The translations under genes were made by a program, and so were the position numbers. Positions 1-13,065 of a stretch of 64,000 nt of DNA are shown here, piece by piece; within the stretch, counting starts at the first letter, position 1, and each line of letters begins with the position of its first letter. The stretch lies in NCBI GenBank assembly GCA_963920595.1, contig OY986947.1, positions 6,324,001 to 6,388,000 of the forward strand, given 5' to 3'. A model generated the notes under the pieces. It searched no databases. It was not told the origin of the DNA and worked only from the letters and a program-made list of their open reading frames with translations. This DNA comes from Eimeria praecox. Taxonomy: Eukaryota.

Positions 1-514
1 AACGATACTATCAACACCAAAGAAGCCAACAAAGAGACGAATACGAATCAAGAAACAGTACAATGCAGGAAAAGCGAAAGACCAATACAAATTACCAACA
101 AAACGCAACTCAAATCACACAACATAAAGAGCTTAAGAAAACACAATGCGAAGGCAAACCAACAAATGCATGCAGTAGACCGGGACCAAATCAAGGATGG
201 AGTGTGAAACGTTTAAGGAGTGCACAGTAATATTAAACCAAGGAAAATGAACTAAAGTGATATTCGTACTGTGAAATCAACGCGAATGCAACAGAAAGTT
301 GAAATGTCTACGGTTGCATCATACCTTGCTGGAAGCGCATTCATCATATGCCCAAATACATTGAATGCCACCTGTGCTGGACTATATTCAATCATAAATG
401 TGCCACCACCATGCATACCTCCACCAGCACGAATGCGCTATTAGTCTCAAACAGGTTGCAAAAATTGAGGAAATATAGGCCGTGGGCGTTCGCGTGAGAT
501 ATACAGGCATTCAC

Positions 515-1594
515 CTAAACAGTACGTCGGCATGAGAAAACATTCCTTCCTTCAGGGAGACAATTATAAACTGAGAGGTGGGGAACTGCGTCTTAATCAT
601 GCTACCTGTTCACCCATAACACACGCCGCGACACAAGGAAAAAATGAAAATCCTCATTCGGTGTACCTGCAGCTGCAAACGAATATAATATGCCGCCTCA
701 CTGCATCCCTGGGTTGCAAAATCAACAGCAGCAGCATCCCAGCTGTTGGTTTTGCTGCTACTGCTGCGTTCCCGACTGGTGCTGCCCGGTTTACTGCGGC
801 TGTTGTTGCTGCTGCTACTACTGCTGTTGGCTTCATCTATGTAGTTGCATTACCGATATTTTGCGTGTGGGAAAGATCTAGTGCGGCATCAACTTCATCG
901 AGAATATAAACCGGTGCCGGCTTAACTTTCAGCAGCGCCAAAATTAACGAAAGTGCCAACAGCGACCGCTGGCCTCCAGACAACTCAGAAAGGGACTCCT
1001 TCCACTTGTGATGAAACGCTATCTGCGGTGCACGCAGATGGCGATAAAATAGCAATATTAACGGAAGCAATAACAGTAAGCATGCGAGCAACTGGATTAG
1101 CATCATTGGGCAAAATCTACAGGGGGTTGCGACTTGGCTACCTTCATCTCGAGGCCTTTCATTAAATCGTCTGGATCTGCCTCCACCAGTTTGGCCTGGG
1201 CATTCGGCAGAAGTTGTTCGAAGATAGCCGAAAAGTTCCCATCTACAAGACGCCAGGTATTTTTCAAAGAGTTTTGCTTCTTCTCATCTAAGGAGGCAAT
1301 AACCTCTCTTATCTTCTCCTGCACGCAAGCGATGCCCCCAGACACAGTCAAACCAGAAAATGCCCCATACCGCATGGCACTTGAGGCAGAACATTAATCG
1401 AGTCTAGTTTTGCTTTTCCGCATATGCGTTTCATCCAACAGGCAGGATATCAAATGCAGCATTTCATAATTTAGGGCACCGAAAGGACGTGTATATACAT
1501 TTGCAAAATATTTACAAGGTAATACAAAGAGCGCAATACAATTCGCCCCACGCCAAGGAAGCCTGGACATCATAACATCACATGATACTACTGC

Positions 1595-1668
<74 letters not shown>

Positions 1669-1724
1669 CATGCATGCATATGCTTACACATGCATGTGTA
1701 CGTACGTACATCTGGATAAGCATA

Positions 1725-1758
<34 letters not shown>

Positions 1759-1760
1759 GC

Positions 1761-1837
<77 letters not shown>

Positions 1838-4800
1838 ATAGACACACACATATGCATGTATAGATAGATATAGATATAGATATATACAGAAATGGATATA
1901 AAGATCCAAATATAGATAAAGATATAGATATATATTGCGCATATAATAGGAAAAGCCTTAAGAGGGGCAGTAGCTTGGTGCCCTCTGCCTGCTCCCGTTT
2001 GGTACATGGAGCGTTTCGCAGTGCATTTTGATAAGTCACCAGGCTATGAGTATCTACGTAATGTGTTGAGTATGGGGTGAAACAATTATTCGGATATTGC
2101 CCTTTCAAGGCAGGTAGTCAGTTGCTATACAGTTTAAATGTAGCTACGAGCAACAGCAGGGAGCAAAACGCGAGCGTTCAGAACACGGCCTTTTACCCTG
2201 TCTGCCTCAACTTGGGCTTTCCGCTTCAAAAGTGTCTGCAATTCCGCCTCGGTCTTCTCGAGTAATACCCCGGCAGAGCTGTTCACGTTCTTTCGGAGCT
2301 TATCGATATCGGCCTTAAGCTGCTGAATGCGTTGCCGAGCAGCTGCAGCAGAGGCATGCAAGAAGACAAATGCTCTTCATGGGTATAAATGATGAATATC
2401 ACCACTTTTAAATTTAGCACATTACATGCATTGCAAGAAAGAAATGTGCAAGAATCTGCGGGCACAAACACAGAAACCTGCTTTCAGGTCGCAGTTGTTT
2501 GAAGTCGTAAGGAGTGCCGCTTTGGTTGAACTTGGGTTCTTCTGCGAAAAGCCACTCGTGCGCCGCCAGAAGCTGCTTTACTTCCTGCAAAGGCAGCAAT
2601 ATGTCTGCAAAAAGAGTACTGCCAGAGCTGCGGCCGTCGCAGACCGCCGAACAGGCATTTTACAGCACAAAACCTGCATGCTAGGGCTGTGACGATTTGC
2701 ATATAACAGGCGCACGCCCAAGATACTTACGAGCATCTTGGACAGAGGTCTAATTACACTTGATAATAATATGTTCAAAGAGTCAAAAATGTGTAATAAG
2801 CCCGCACGCCATTCGCTGCTGCTTTCTGGGATAGGCATTTACTGGTTCTAACGGTTCGCAGTGACAGCATACAGCAGACACTAGATGCATAATGAACCCA
2901 TATATGCGTAGCTTATGCAGCAGGAACAAAGCAAAGAACATCTCCAAACAGCGCGTATCAAGGCGATGTAGACAGACGCACTCCTCGTGCTGCTGAGAGC
3001 ATTTTCTCGCGATCTGCCGCTGCGAGATCGAGCTGCGACAAAAGACGCAAGCAAAGACCCTGGCCAGGCCTGCTGTTTCTTCCGGTGTTCTATGAACACA
3101 GCTAATTCTAGCTGTGCCTGCCCTCCAAAATCTCACCCTAATCTCCAAAACCTATGCACTAAACCTAGAACCTCAAGCCCTAAACCGTTCAATGCATGCT
3201 CTTGCATTTCTCTGCCTTAAACACGGCTACAGGAGTGTCCTCTGCCTAGGGTTATAGGCACCATACTGTGCTGCAGGCTGACAGGAGCCCACGAGCGCTG
3301 GCGCATCTTTTCGCACCTTTTTAAGAGCAAGCGCCTTGGCCTCTTTAGTTTTGGCGATCTTCTTCAGCGCCTCCGCCACACGGCTTTGCTGTTGGTTTTC
3401 TTTTTGTGCTTCGCTGGCTCGCTTTGCAAGTTCTTCTTCAATTTCTCGGTGTTCTGCGATCTACACACAAATAGGCACCATAATCCCATGACTTTTCTTC
3501 TGAACGCCGGCACATTTAGGGATGGGGCTGCCTTGCATCCCTTTCGCCGCCTTTGGACGCACAAAGCAGCCTTAAAATCTTTGCGTCAATGCATTAACGG
3601 CGTGAATGAACACGCGGTAGCTCTCCATCCCCGAGCAGAGGTGGTTAGATTACACGTGTGCACAGCGACGCGGACATCGCAGAAATGAAGTGAAAGCGCT
3701 GATGGGTAACAGGCAGCTACGGAATATTTCCAAATGTGTCACGCATATGGATAGATCGATGTCTCGTGCATATTTGTTGCTTCAGCTGATAGTACCGCTG
3801 CTGCCTTAGGGGGTAGCTCTCTTCTTACTTTCTCCTGTAGTGCTGCATTTTTCAAATCGACCTGCTGCTGCTGCTGCTCAACCTTCTCCTTACGAGAGGC
3901 CAAGTCACTGCGAGCCCCTTCCAATTCCTGTTGCATCGTCTGCTGCTGCAGGCGCAAATCGCCTGTTTTCTGCAGCACGGGCAGCCGCAGCAAAGCGGAA
4001 CAGCCGCATGCTTGTATTTGTGCTACTATGCACGACAAGGCGAACCGCCAACAGCAACAAGCAGCAGCACTTCAAAGGTGCTCACGGCATGCAGCTTCTC
4101 AAGTTGCGCCTCCGCCTGCTTCAGCTGCGCACGGAGGGTCTTCACAGCTTTGCTGAGGGAGGCCTCCTAAACGCAGAAGAACGCAAGTGGCACCAAGGGG
4201 GCACTATAACTCGTAGACAGGCAAGTATCCAGAATAACCGCCTGGTCATTTCAAGCCCTCCTTCGTCGACGCTGCAGCTGAAAATGCGAAGGGCACTTGA
4301 ACTCCTCCGCAACGCTAGCCTTACGATTTTATCTTTGTTGGTCTCGAGGTCATGGATCTCTGCTTCCAGCTTTCGGATGGCGCTCTGAACTTCTTTGCGC
4401 TTCTCCTGTACTTCTTTCTTCAACTTCTCCTTCTCTACGAGGAGCCGCTGTATCTCTTCAGCACGGGCGCGGGAGGAGCCCGCACCGCTGCTGCCAAGCA
4501 GGCGCTGATATCAGAACAACGCAGCATCAAACAATCCCGTTCAACTACAGCATTGTCTATTCAGGGCCGGGTTAGCTGCGCATGGGGCAAGCCTCGAACT
4601 GAGCCCATCAGCAGCACACAGCAACGCGTTTTTTTAATTTCTTCAAAGCATGAACTATGCATCCCGTTTAAAAATGTGAGAGGGGAACACAGGGGAGATA
4701 ATAAGGCACCTCCATATTTTGCAACTGATTCTCTGCCAGCCGCAGCGACTTCTGCAAGCTCGCAGCCTGCTGTGCACGAGCCTGGAGAGGCGCCAACTCC

Positions 4801-5333
4801 GCCTCAGTCGCCCTGAGGAAACACTCAGCAGCTGTGAGTATAACCGTTAGCAGATCAGGTAGGTGTTCTAATGCATCGGAGATGAGAACTAACAAATCAG
4901 GCATCATCATTAACAAGCTAGGCTTGAGCGTTAACAAACCATGCATGCGCATCACCAAAGCACACAAGAGCACTAACAAATCAGAGAACATCAGTAAATG
5001 GAACATAAGCATGAACAAATCGGAAAGGAACATCCGCGCATCAGGCATGAGCATTTTCAAGCCAGGGACGACCGTTAACAAATCAGCTCAGGAACAAAGC
5101 GCCTGGCTGGCCTGAATCCGGCACCACACTGACAAATACGCAAGCTCTAAATGCGATGGAACACGAGGCTTCTTAAGATGCGTGGTTAGGGATCAAGTCA
5201 TGAGTCTCCACCGGTAAACTCAGACAAAAAGCTCAGAGCAAGCAATCAACACCAATGGCCACAGCGCTGGCCCTCTCTAGAGTACACATGCAACGCACGT
5301 TTACGATGCTCATCTTCCCATCTATTTACTTAA

Positions 5334-5367
<34 letters not shown>

Positions 5368-5811
5368 CTCTCTCTCTATATATATGTATATACAGAGCTA
5401 GCTAGCTAGATAGATACATACATAAATACATACATAAACATACACATGCATACACATGCATACACATACATACACATGCGCATGCATACACATACATACG
5501 CATACACATACATACACATACATACACACACATACATGCATACATATACATACATATACATACATATACATGCATATACATACATATGCATACGTATACA
5601 TACATATACATACACATGCATACATATACATGCATATACATACATACATGCATACATATACATACATATACATACATATACATGCATATACATGCATATA
5701 CATACATACATATGCATGCATACATATACATACATACATATAAATACATACATATAAATACATACATATACTTACATATACATACATATACATACATATA
5801 CATACATATAC

Positions 5812-5909
<98 letters not shown>

Positions 5910-8900
5910 GCATATACATATAGATACATACATACATACATATACATACACTCATACATACATAGATGGCTACATAGATTGGTAAGTAGATGAATATGCA
6001 GACAGATAGATAGATGGATGAATGGGTAGAAAGGCGGATAGAAATATAGAAAGGTAGACAGGTACGTAAATAGGTGGATGGATGCATAGGACAGATAGAT
6101 AAGTATATGCATATATAGCTGGACATAAAGACAGATAGATGTGGCTTCTTCATGATTCGTAACGACGGGTTTCACTTGCCTGATGCGGCTCTCCACCTCT
6201 TCAGCTGCAGCAGTTGCATCTTTATAGCGCTGCGCGCAAGCATGGTTCGAACCAGTAGACAAGAGCATGCATGCTTTGTCGGGTGTATGGCGAGGTTCAA
6301 CACAAACCCGCCAATCAACGCAACAGCCACCAGGGATCGGCGTGCTGTGTCTCTGAGCTGCTTTATGAGAAACAATGGTCTAAAATGTCCAACACAACGC
6401 AGCAGCTCTGGGATATGTTTAGGGATTCAGGTCCATCGAACCTTCCAAGCTAGCATTGTCTGCCGCACATCCTTCACGCTGCCGCCAGCCATGACGCCTC
6501 CCGTCTGGTAGACATCTCCTTCTTCAGTGGCGGTGGGGAAGGCCAGCCTGTTGTTCTTCTGATACGTGATCTGCAGCAGAAACGCAACTATGCAATGAAA
6601 GATGCACAAAGGCAGAATCCATCAAGGTCTTCTTCAGCGTTCCTCCAGCCCCAATTGCATGCAATGTTTTGCCGCTATAATTCCGATTCCGATTCGTCAT
6701 CCACGGCTCCACATGCCTAAGCCTCCTCAATGTTCCCCCGCCACCTTCCCCCATAAGAATTATTGCTTGATCCTCTTTCATACATGGCCTGCACCTCGGC
6801 AGAAGTGTAGAAATGCAGAGAGACGTTGCACTCACCTTTTGCGCCATGGCGGCCGAGCGGCAAATAAGACCGCCTCCAAAGGCATACTCCGCCACCTTGG
6901 AGTGTTTGTGAGGGTCGTATCTGAAGCAAGCGTTCATAAGAATTAGTGCACAGCGCTAAGCCAAAAGTCATGAAAACCATGATCTCCATGTTCACCGGAA
7001 GCATGGCTTTCATCACTTGGAAGGATATCCTGTGGACTCGAAGTGGGGCGAAAACGGGATATCCAGACCCCCAGTGCCGGTTTAAGTGGCTCAGCAATAG
7101 AATAACGGAGCTAAAATGGTTTGAAAGAAATTAAAGGAATAGACTGACGCACTCCACCATATCCAAACAACGTAAAACGCCCGTTGTGTCATCGGGATCG
7201 AGACCCACGAGGCGGCGATTAGCCGCTAGAGCCTGAGAATAACCGACGCAAGAATTCGGCATATGACGAAACAATTTGTCGCAGCGCAATTTGCAGAAAT
7301 GAGCAAAAAGCATTCATTGAAATACTTGCAATCCCATTTGCACCAGGCTGCTCATCTGGTGAGTTTGCAGGTCTTCAAATGTTGTAGAAGCCTGTTTGAT
7401 GCACTAATTGTGATCGTAAATATTCTGCTGCTTCCTTTCTGACCTGCGCATCGCAAACTCTGCCGACGATGCACTCGGACAAGGGAAGCAGCGTTACACG
7501 CCGTCTGCCGCTGGCGAAGTTGTTTTCTTTGAAGATCGCTTTGCCTGTATCAAGACGCCAATTCAACAAAACTATGGAGCACAAATACAAGCTAGATCAC
7601 CGACGTCCTCTTCTCTCTTTCTTCACAAAAAGGGAACGGAGGTGAGCAAATGCAGAAATTCGCTCGTGTGCTGAGGCTCACTTGCGTCTTTGTCGCTCAC
7701 GATTATATACTCGAGCTTTCCCCCCACAAGCACCTGAAGACAAAAGAATGAAGGAACTCGAAGGTTCGATTTTGAGCCTTAGAGGTGCCTTCTACCTCCT
7801 TATCAAACGTCTGCTGAGCACATGATGCGCCTGGTGGAAGTTCATCTCACTACAAGCCCTATTCAGGAGCTTCCGAGCTGCATGCGAGGGTGCTGAACAG
7901 GTAGTGATTCAGCGTTCTTCTCTAGTGACGGAGTATCGGTTTACGCTGTTGCTTACGGCGTACCTGCATGGCTTTGCTGTACGAAATATACTCTTGTTTG
8001 AGGGACACCAGCTCGAAGACCTGCCCCATGAGGCGTGACGGGTTCAGCCCGCGAGGAAGCCGCACATCGATCTTTGCCCTGAGCTCGAAATGCCATTCGC
8101 AGTTCAAATGAGCAGTTTTAGCAGCAGGTTATGCCTTCGTGAGCGAACCATCACTCGGGACGAAGGAAGACAACCTGCAGCAACTATCCAGAAACCGCTA
8201 AGAAAACAATGGCACGAAACCTTCGGAGGAAACACGAACATGAATCCTCCAAAGGGAAAACTGACACGGAGCCTTCTTTCAAATACTGACAAGAAACCTT
8301 TTAAGCAGATACTGGCACGAAACCAAACGCCAGAATCTACAACCCACCAGGCTCGCAGTTCCTGCATGGCCTCTTGGGCCTCCGCATACAGCACGCGGTG
8401 CTTCTGCAGCAAACAATGCAGGCAAGAAGTGTTGCAAAGCATCAGCATAGTAGGCAAAACAAAGACAGAACGGTAGAAAGAAGCTTCTCACGCAGTATCT
8501 GCACAGCATATAGATGCCGGTAACACCCGCCGCTGTAATAAATGAAGTTGCGCATAAAGAAGCAGAGAGAAAACACTCTTGGCTTCAGCTACTCAGGATA
8601 CGGCGGGCCCCTCTTTTCGCCCGATACATTGTAACAGAAGAGTGGCTAAACATAGCAGTTTAAAAGGACAAATAGGTAAAACCCGAACTGTTGTTAAAGC
8701 CATGAAAACGAACGGCTGCCTGCATGCATCTTAGAATGTCTTAAGCCCTAAAGTGAGAACAGCAAGCAAAGTCCGTACCTCTTGAAGCTCGCTGAGCGTT
8801 GCCTGCAGCGCAGCACTTGAGTTACCAGTGTCCCCTAAGGCCTCAAGCTGCAGCCTTAGCTCCTCAACCCGAGCCCGCTGTTCGTTTACATTGGCCTCAA

Positions 8901-11900
8901 TCATCGCTCGATCCTGCGACAAACAGAGAAGCAAAAAAAACCAGGAAATCACTACGTTGCCTAGAGGCACAACTCTGCACTAGATGCCGCTGGAAGTTGT
9001 GGAACTGGAGCAACTGCGGTGAATTCTGAACGCCAGAGAAGCCATAGAGCCTCCGCGCATCCACCCTCAAGCTCTAGGCATTAGGGCAGGACAGGGACAA
9101 ACAAACAGGGACAAACGCACCGCGCATGTGGCTTTCTCTTTTTCAGCCAACTCCTGGAGCTCTGCGTTCAAGTAGTTGATTTCTTGGCTGATCGAGAAGT
9201 CCTGCGCCTCGAGTCGAGCCTCTTCGGACCGTTTGGTTTTTAGAGTATCTCGGATGGATCCGGAGGCCCCCACACCACCGCTGGTGACGGCTTCCAGCTT
9301 TGCGCATTTCTCGTTAATTTCACCTCGCATTCGCTCAACTTCTTCAGCCAAGTGTTCCGCCTGCTCCGCCTCAGCGGATCGAGAGCTCCGCCGCTCCGCC
9401 AAAGCCTTCTCAAGGCGCTCCGCCTCTTTCTGTTGCTCCTTGACAGACGCCTGCAGCATATCCAGGTCTCGCCTGGAGCTCCGTGCCTCCGCCTGCAGCC
9501 GCGACACCGCCTTTGGAAATCCCAAAGAGCCAAAACCCCAGAAACGCACATGAACGAAACGATTAAGAACAGGAAATAATATCAAGCAGAGAAAAGCCGA
9601 ACAGGCAAAGGTTAACAAAATACTCCAAAATGCATGAACGCAGCTCGAATCAGGCTAAACACAAGCACATACACAGAGGGCGGAGTTTACGAGACATGCC
9701 AGTTAACCTAGCAACAAAGGGGCCTGGGATACTCTGCGCCTTGTTTGCTGAGGGCACCTGAAAGTGGCAACTCTATATATAACACAAGTAGACTATATGC
9801 GGCTTAATTATGTTAAAAGGACTGTACTGCCCGGCAAGACCCTACACTTGCAATAACTACACGGGAAGAGAAGAAAGCGCACCTTTTCGATGTCTTCTTT
9901 TTTTTTCCTCAGCAACTTGAGAGGTGCATCCTTTTCTGCTCGAGCTGCCTCAAGGGCTTCCAGCTGCCGCTCCGCCTCTTCGCGTTCGCGGTCTGCTTCA
10001 TCCAACTCCCCTATCAACTCTGCCCGCTGCCGCTGCAACTCCGCAAAGGCCTCTGCGCCCTGCTGCACCGTTTGCTTCGCGCTGAAGAAACAATATACAC
10101 CCCGCACCCACCTCCCCACACTCATCAATGCTGTGGACGCCTGCATGCACGCTATGTCGACTGCAACCCTGCAGCCAACATGATTCTTGCGCTTGCGGGT
10201 GGCAGCGCAGCGCAACCAAGCCCTGTTCGGGAACTACGGGGGATGAATCGGAGTTTAGAGGAATGGAGCTAATGGGGAAATGGCTGCACCAGAAATAGCG
10301 GTAGGCGGTTTCAAATCGTTGGAAGTGCTGCAGCGACTCCTTGAGGTTGACGTAATTTTGGTAGTCTGCTTTCTCCTTTTGCAATCTCTGAACATTAGGC
10401 TGGATTTCCTCAGACAAGACGTTCTGAATCTCAAGCAGCTTTTGCTCCTTCTTACCAACCAGCTTCACCGCGTTCTCCCGTTTCACTTCATACATGCGCG
10501 TGCCCGAGACTTCCTCTATCAGACCCAGTAGCTCCTTCGGCTTCATATTTATCACCTTAGTTATCTTGCCTTCACCAACAAAGCAGCAACAGGCAACCCA
10601 CAAGCGCCAACTTCGTGCAACTCGAAAGAGCAACTCGAAAGCACAACTCGAAAGAGCAACTCAAAAGCAACTTGAGAAGAAATCAAAACAGCAACAAAGC
10701 GAAAGAAGCTCTAACTCACGAAAAGCAACGGCATGAAAAGAGCACAAGGGGGGAAGGAACAACTCGCAAAAATGACGCAGGGGGCAATGCACATCTCAGT
10801 AAAAAGAACATGCAAAAGACGGACACCACGATATCAACGCATATCGGTATTCGAAGAATATTACATATGCTACCCAAATGGCATGCCCTGCAGACTTAAC
10901 TATTCGCCAACCAGCTTTTCGGGATACCCTAGGAAGGGCCTTGGCGCTTGTGCGCACACTAACATCTAAACAATATGCCATAATTGTGCTCTCTGAACCG
11001 TAAGGGGCTGCTGGGGTTGAACTGGCAGCAGCCATTGAGGGGATTCTGTCTACAGCGGGTCCTTTACACCCTTTACGCCTCGCTGCACTTCATCCCACTT
11101 GCCTTGTTGAATCATGAAGTGCGGGCTGTTGATGTTCAATTGACAACACTGAAAGAAATCGCGAATCTCCTTCACTTGGGCAATGCGACTGTTCAACAAA
11201 TAGCGGTCCCTCCCCCCTTGACGCAAATACAGCAACAAACAAAGAAAAATCCCCAGGTGAGGGAAAAGCCAAATGGGCTGTATACAGGGCCGAATTTGAA
11301 CACACTTATTACCCTTGCCACAAGTGCGTAAATACTAGTGTACGTGGTAAGCACCATACATATATATGCATGCATACACGCACACACTATGCTTATATGC
11401 ATTTAGGTATATACCAAGTGCATGCCCATCGGCCTTGTAAAGCTTGCATGCACATCCGCGGTGCTTGTGTAACACACGACTGCCCATACGATAACCAACA
11501 GACATAACAATAGCTATATCTATACTATATCTATATCTATCTATATCCATATCTATATCCATCTATCTATCTATATCTATATCTATATATCTATATCTAT
11601 ATCTATATCTATATCTATATCTATATCTATATCTATATCTATATCTGTATCTATACACCTATATCCATATCTATATCCATATCTATACATCGATTTATCT
11701 ATATCTATCTATCTATATCTATCTATCTATCTATCTATCTATCCATATATAGATAGATAGATAGATATAGATATATAGATATGGACATATGATCATATAA
11801 ATTTGAAAGCATGTACTTAATGGTGAGTATAAATTAATCCGTGCGCCACAGGAGAGGCAACGGTAAGGCTTAGAAGCGCAGCACGTCATTAAACGGATTG

Positions 11901-12827
11901 ATGTGTTATGAAAGCAGAAAGATGACAGCTGAGCGGGGTTGTGCAGCGGTCCATTTTGTTCTCGTTCTCTTCGCTCACCGATAATAATCTGCCGCGTTAT
12001 CGAAATCTCTCGCATGTCTCTGTATGGGGGAGGCAGCGGGTTGTTGGGTTCGTTTGGATCATTTTTCAATTTTATTGTAACGGTCGCTTTCGTTATGCCC
12101 GCCTGCCCCTGCTTATACACCAAGTCCTCCAGCCTCGCCACCCGCACCTGCATGCAAGCCACGCAGCGAATTCGATGCAAAATGCAACAAACAAGACAAC
12201 TCAAAGCATCCCAAAGGACAGCAGCAAGGCCCTGTAGGCCTTAAACCTTTCTATGGGATCTAAAGGCTCCCTTCTAGGGGGCCCTTGGGGATCCAAGGGG
12301 GCCCCAAAGTGTTCAGTACAACAGGGGGCAGGTATAGGAGGGAAGCTTAGGCGGAGGTGGAAAGGCATTCTTTGAAGTTATTCTGTCGAGTTTAGGCTGT
12401 ATATCGTGTAAGTGAAAGCCAAAGAAGCCATAAATAGAGCCATACAATGTTGAAACCCAAGTCGACGACAAAGACAAGGGAGATTGATTGACAGGAAGCC
12501 ACAGAGGAGCTACGGGTAAGACAACGAGAGAGGGGAGAGGGGGATGGCAAAGACTCTGTGAGGGGTTATGAAGGTAAAAATCACAGGGAGGGGCTAAGAC
12601 GAAGATAAAACCACCTAGAGAAGTTGAGAGATAAAAGGGCCACGAGAACGAAGCCTTACGAGCGAATGGTTTGAAATGCCGAGCACGAAACAAATAGAAT
12701 CGAGGATATTTGATTTTCCTGTGCCATTGAGGCCTGTTATGGCGTTGAACTGTGGGTGTAGGGGGCCCACCGTGACCCTTGAGGAGTAAGACTTGAACCC
12801 ATCAAGAACAATCTCATGGATGTACAT
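515..12827 (-). CDS. SMC2: Structural maintenance of chromosomes protein 2 (condensin subunit SMC2), 26 exons visible, 3'-partial
   Basis: N-terminus [14 protein letters not shown]...[23 protein letters not shown] (Walker A), then [20 protein letters not shown] and [39 protein letters not shown]. Hinge: [54 protein letters not shown]-terminus: [25 protein letters not shown]...[21 protein letters not shown]...[13 protein letters not shown]. Phase-consistent exons: 12827-12660, 12147-11979, 11216-11103, 10569-10290, 10081-9883, 9510-9121, 8913-8779, 8403-8348, 8078-7964, 7733-7682, 7544-7444, 7232-7153, 6920-6836, 6570-6442, 6229-6180, 4812-4710, 4504-4325, 4166-4086, 3969-3829, 3460-3317, 3032-2982, 2584-2482, 2342-2197, 1318-1142, 1022-854, 605-515 (about 1170 codons). 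The terminal exon was not found and probably lies left of base 1. Confidence 0.97.
722..832. repeat. Degenerate CAG/CTG trinucleotide repeat in an SMC2 intron
   Basis: cagcagcagc...gctgttgttgctgctgctactactgctgttg. Confidence 0.8.
1596..1937. repeat. Compound (TA)n/(GA)n/(TAGATA)n microsatellite in an SMC2 intron
   Basis: Direct inspection. Confidence 0.95.
4849..5097. repeat. Degenerate 21-bp tandem repeat (about 12 units) in SMC2 intron 15
   Basis: aacaaatcag-like unit starts at 4891, 4912, 4933, 4954, 4975, 4996, then 5014 and 5077. Confidence 0.75.
5335..6140. repeat. Long compound (TATC)n/(CATATA)n/(TAGA)n microsatellite in SMC2 intron 15
   Basis: Direct inspection. It is the source of the spurious MYMY/HTYT ORFs. 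Confidence 0.95.
10607..10720. repeat. About 13-bp minisatellite (CAACTCGAAAGAG) in SMC2 intron 3
   Basis: caactcgaaagag-caactcgaaagca-caactcgaaagag-caactcaaaag-caacttgagaag. Confidence 0.8.
11510..11782. repeat. (TATATC)n/(TATC)n microsatellite in SMC2 intron 2
   Basis: Direct inspection. Confidence 0.95.
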
Positions 12828-12861
12828 TTTAGACGGGCAGGCTAAGGAAATAGCTCCTGAG

Positions 12862-13065
12862 GGTGTATGCGCGCCACCCTGTGGTGTATAAGGAGCGTTT
12901 GGGGGTGTATGTAGTTGCCTGTTGGGTGTACACGCACAGCCCTACTCAGCGTGCAAAGGGCTGACATACGCGTACTTCAGGCTGGCATACGAGTACTTTA
13001 GGGGCTTCTCCGGCTGGCCCTACGGTGTATACAGAACCCTCAGTAGTGTATACGGATGCCTCTTC
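12862..13065. repeat. 21-bp-phased GGTGTA motif array upstream of the SMC2 start codon
   Basis: GGTGTA at 12862, 12883, 12904 and 12925. A 21-bp pair at 12961/12982. (G/A)GTGTATAC at 13024/13045. Confidence 0.7.

Noticed and set aside
532..909. Ala-rich or Cys-rich overlapping ORFs
   Set aside because: They come from an intronic CAG/CTG repeat plus the antisense of SMC2 exons.
5398..6153. ORFs of 100-290 aa rich in M/Y/V/C/H/T
   Set aside because: These are translations of (CATATA)n microsatellite inside an SMC2 intron. The same applies to the YIYI ORFs at 1394-2108, 17092-17304, 31385-31704 and 33086-33630.
12862..12945. CRISPR-like repeat/spacer pattern
   Set aside because: The conserved part is only 6 bp, the context is eukaryotic and there are no cas genes.
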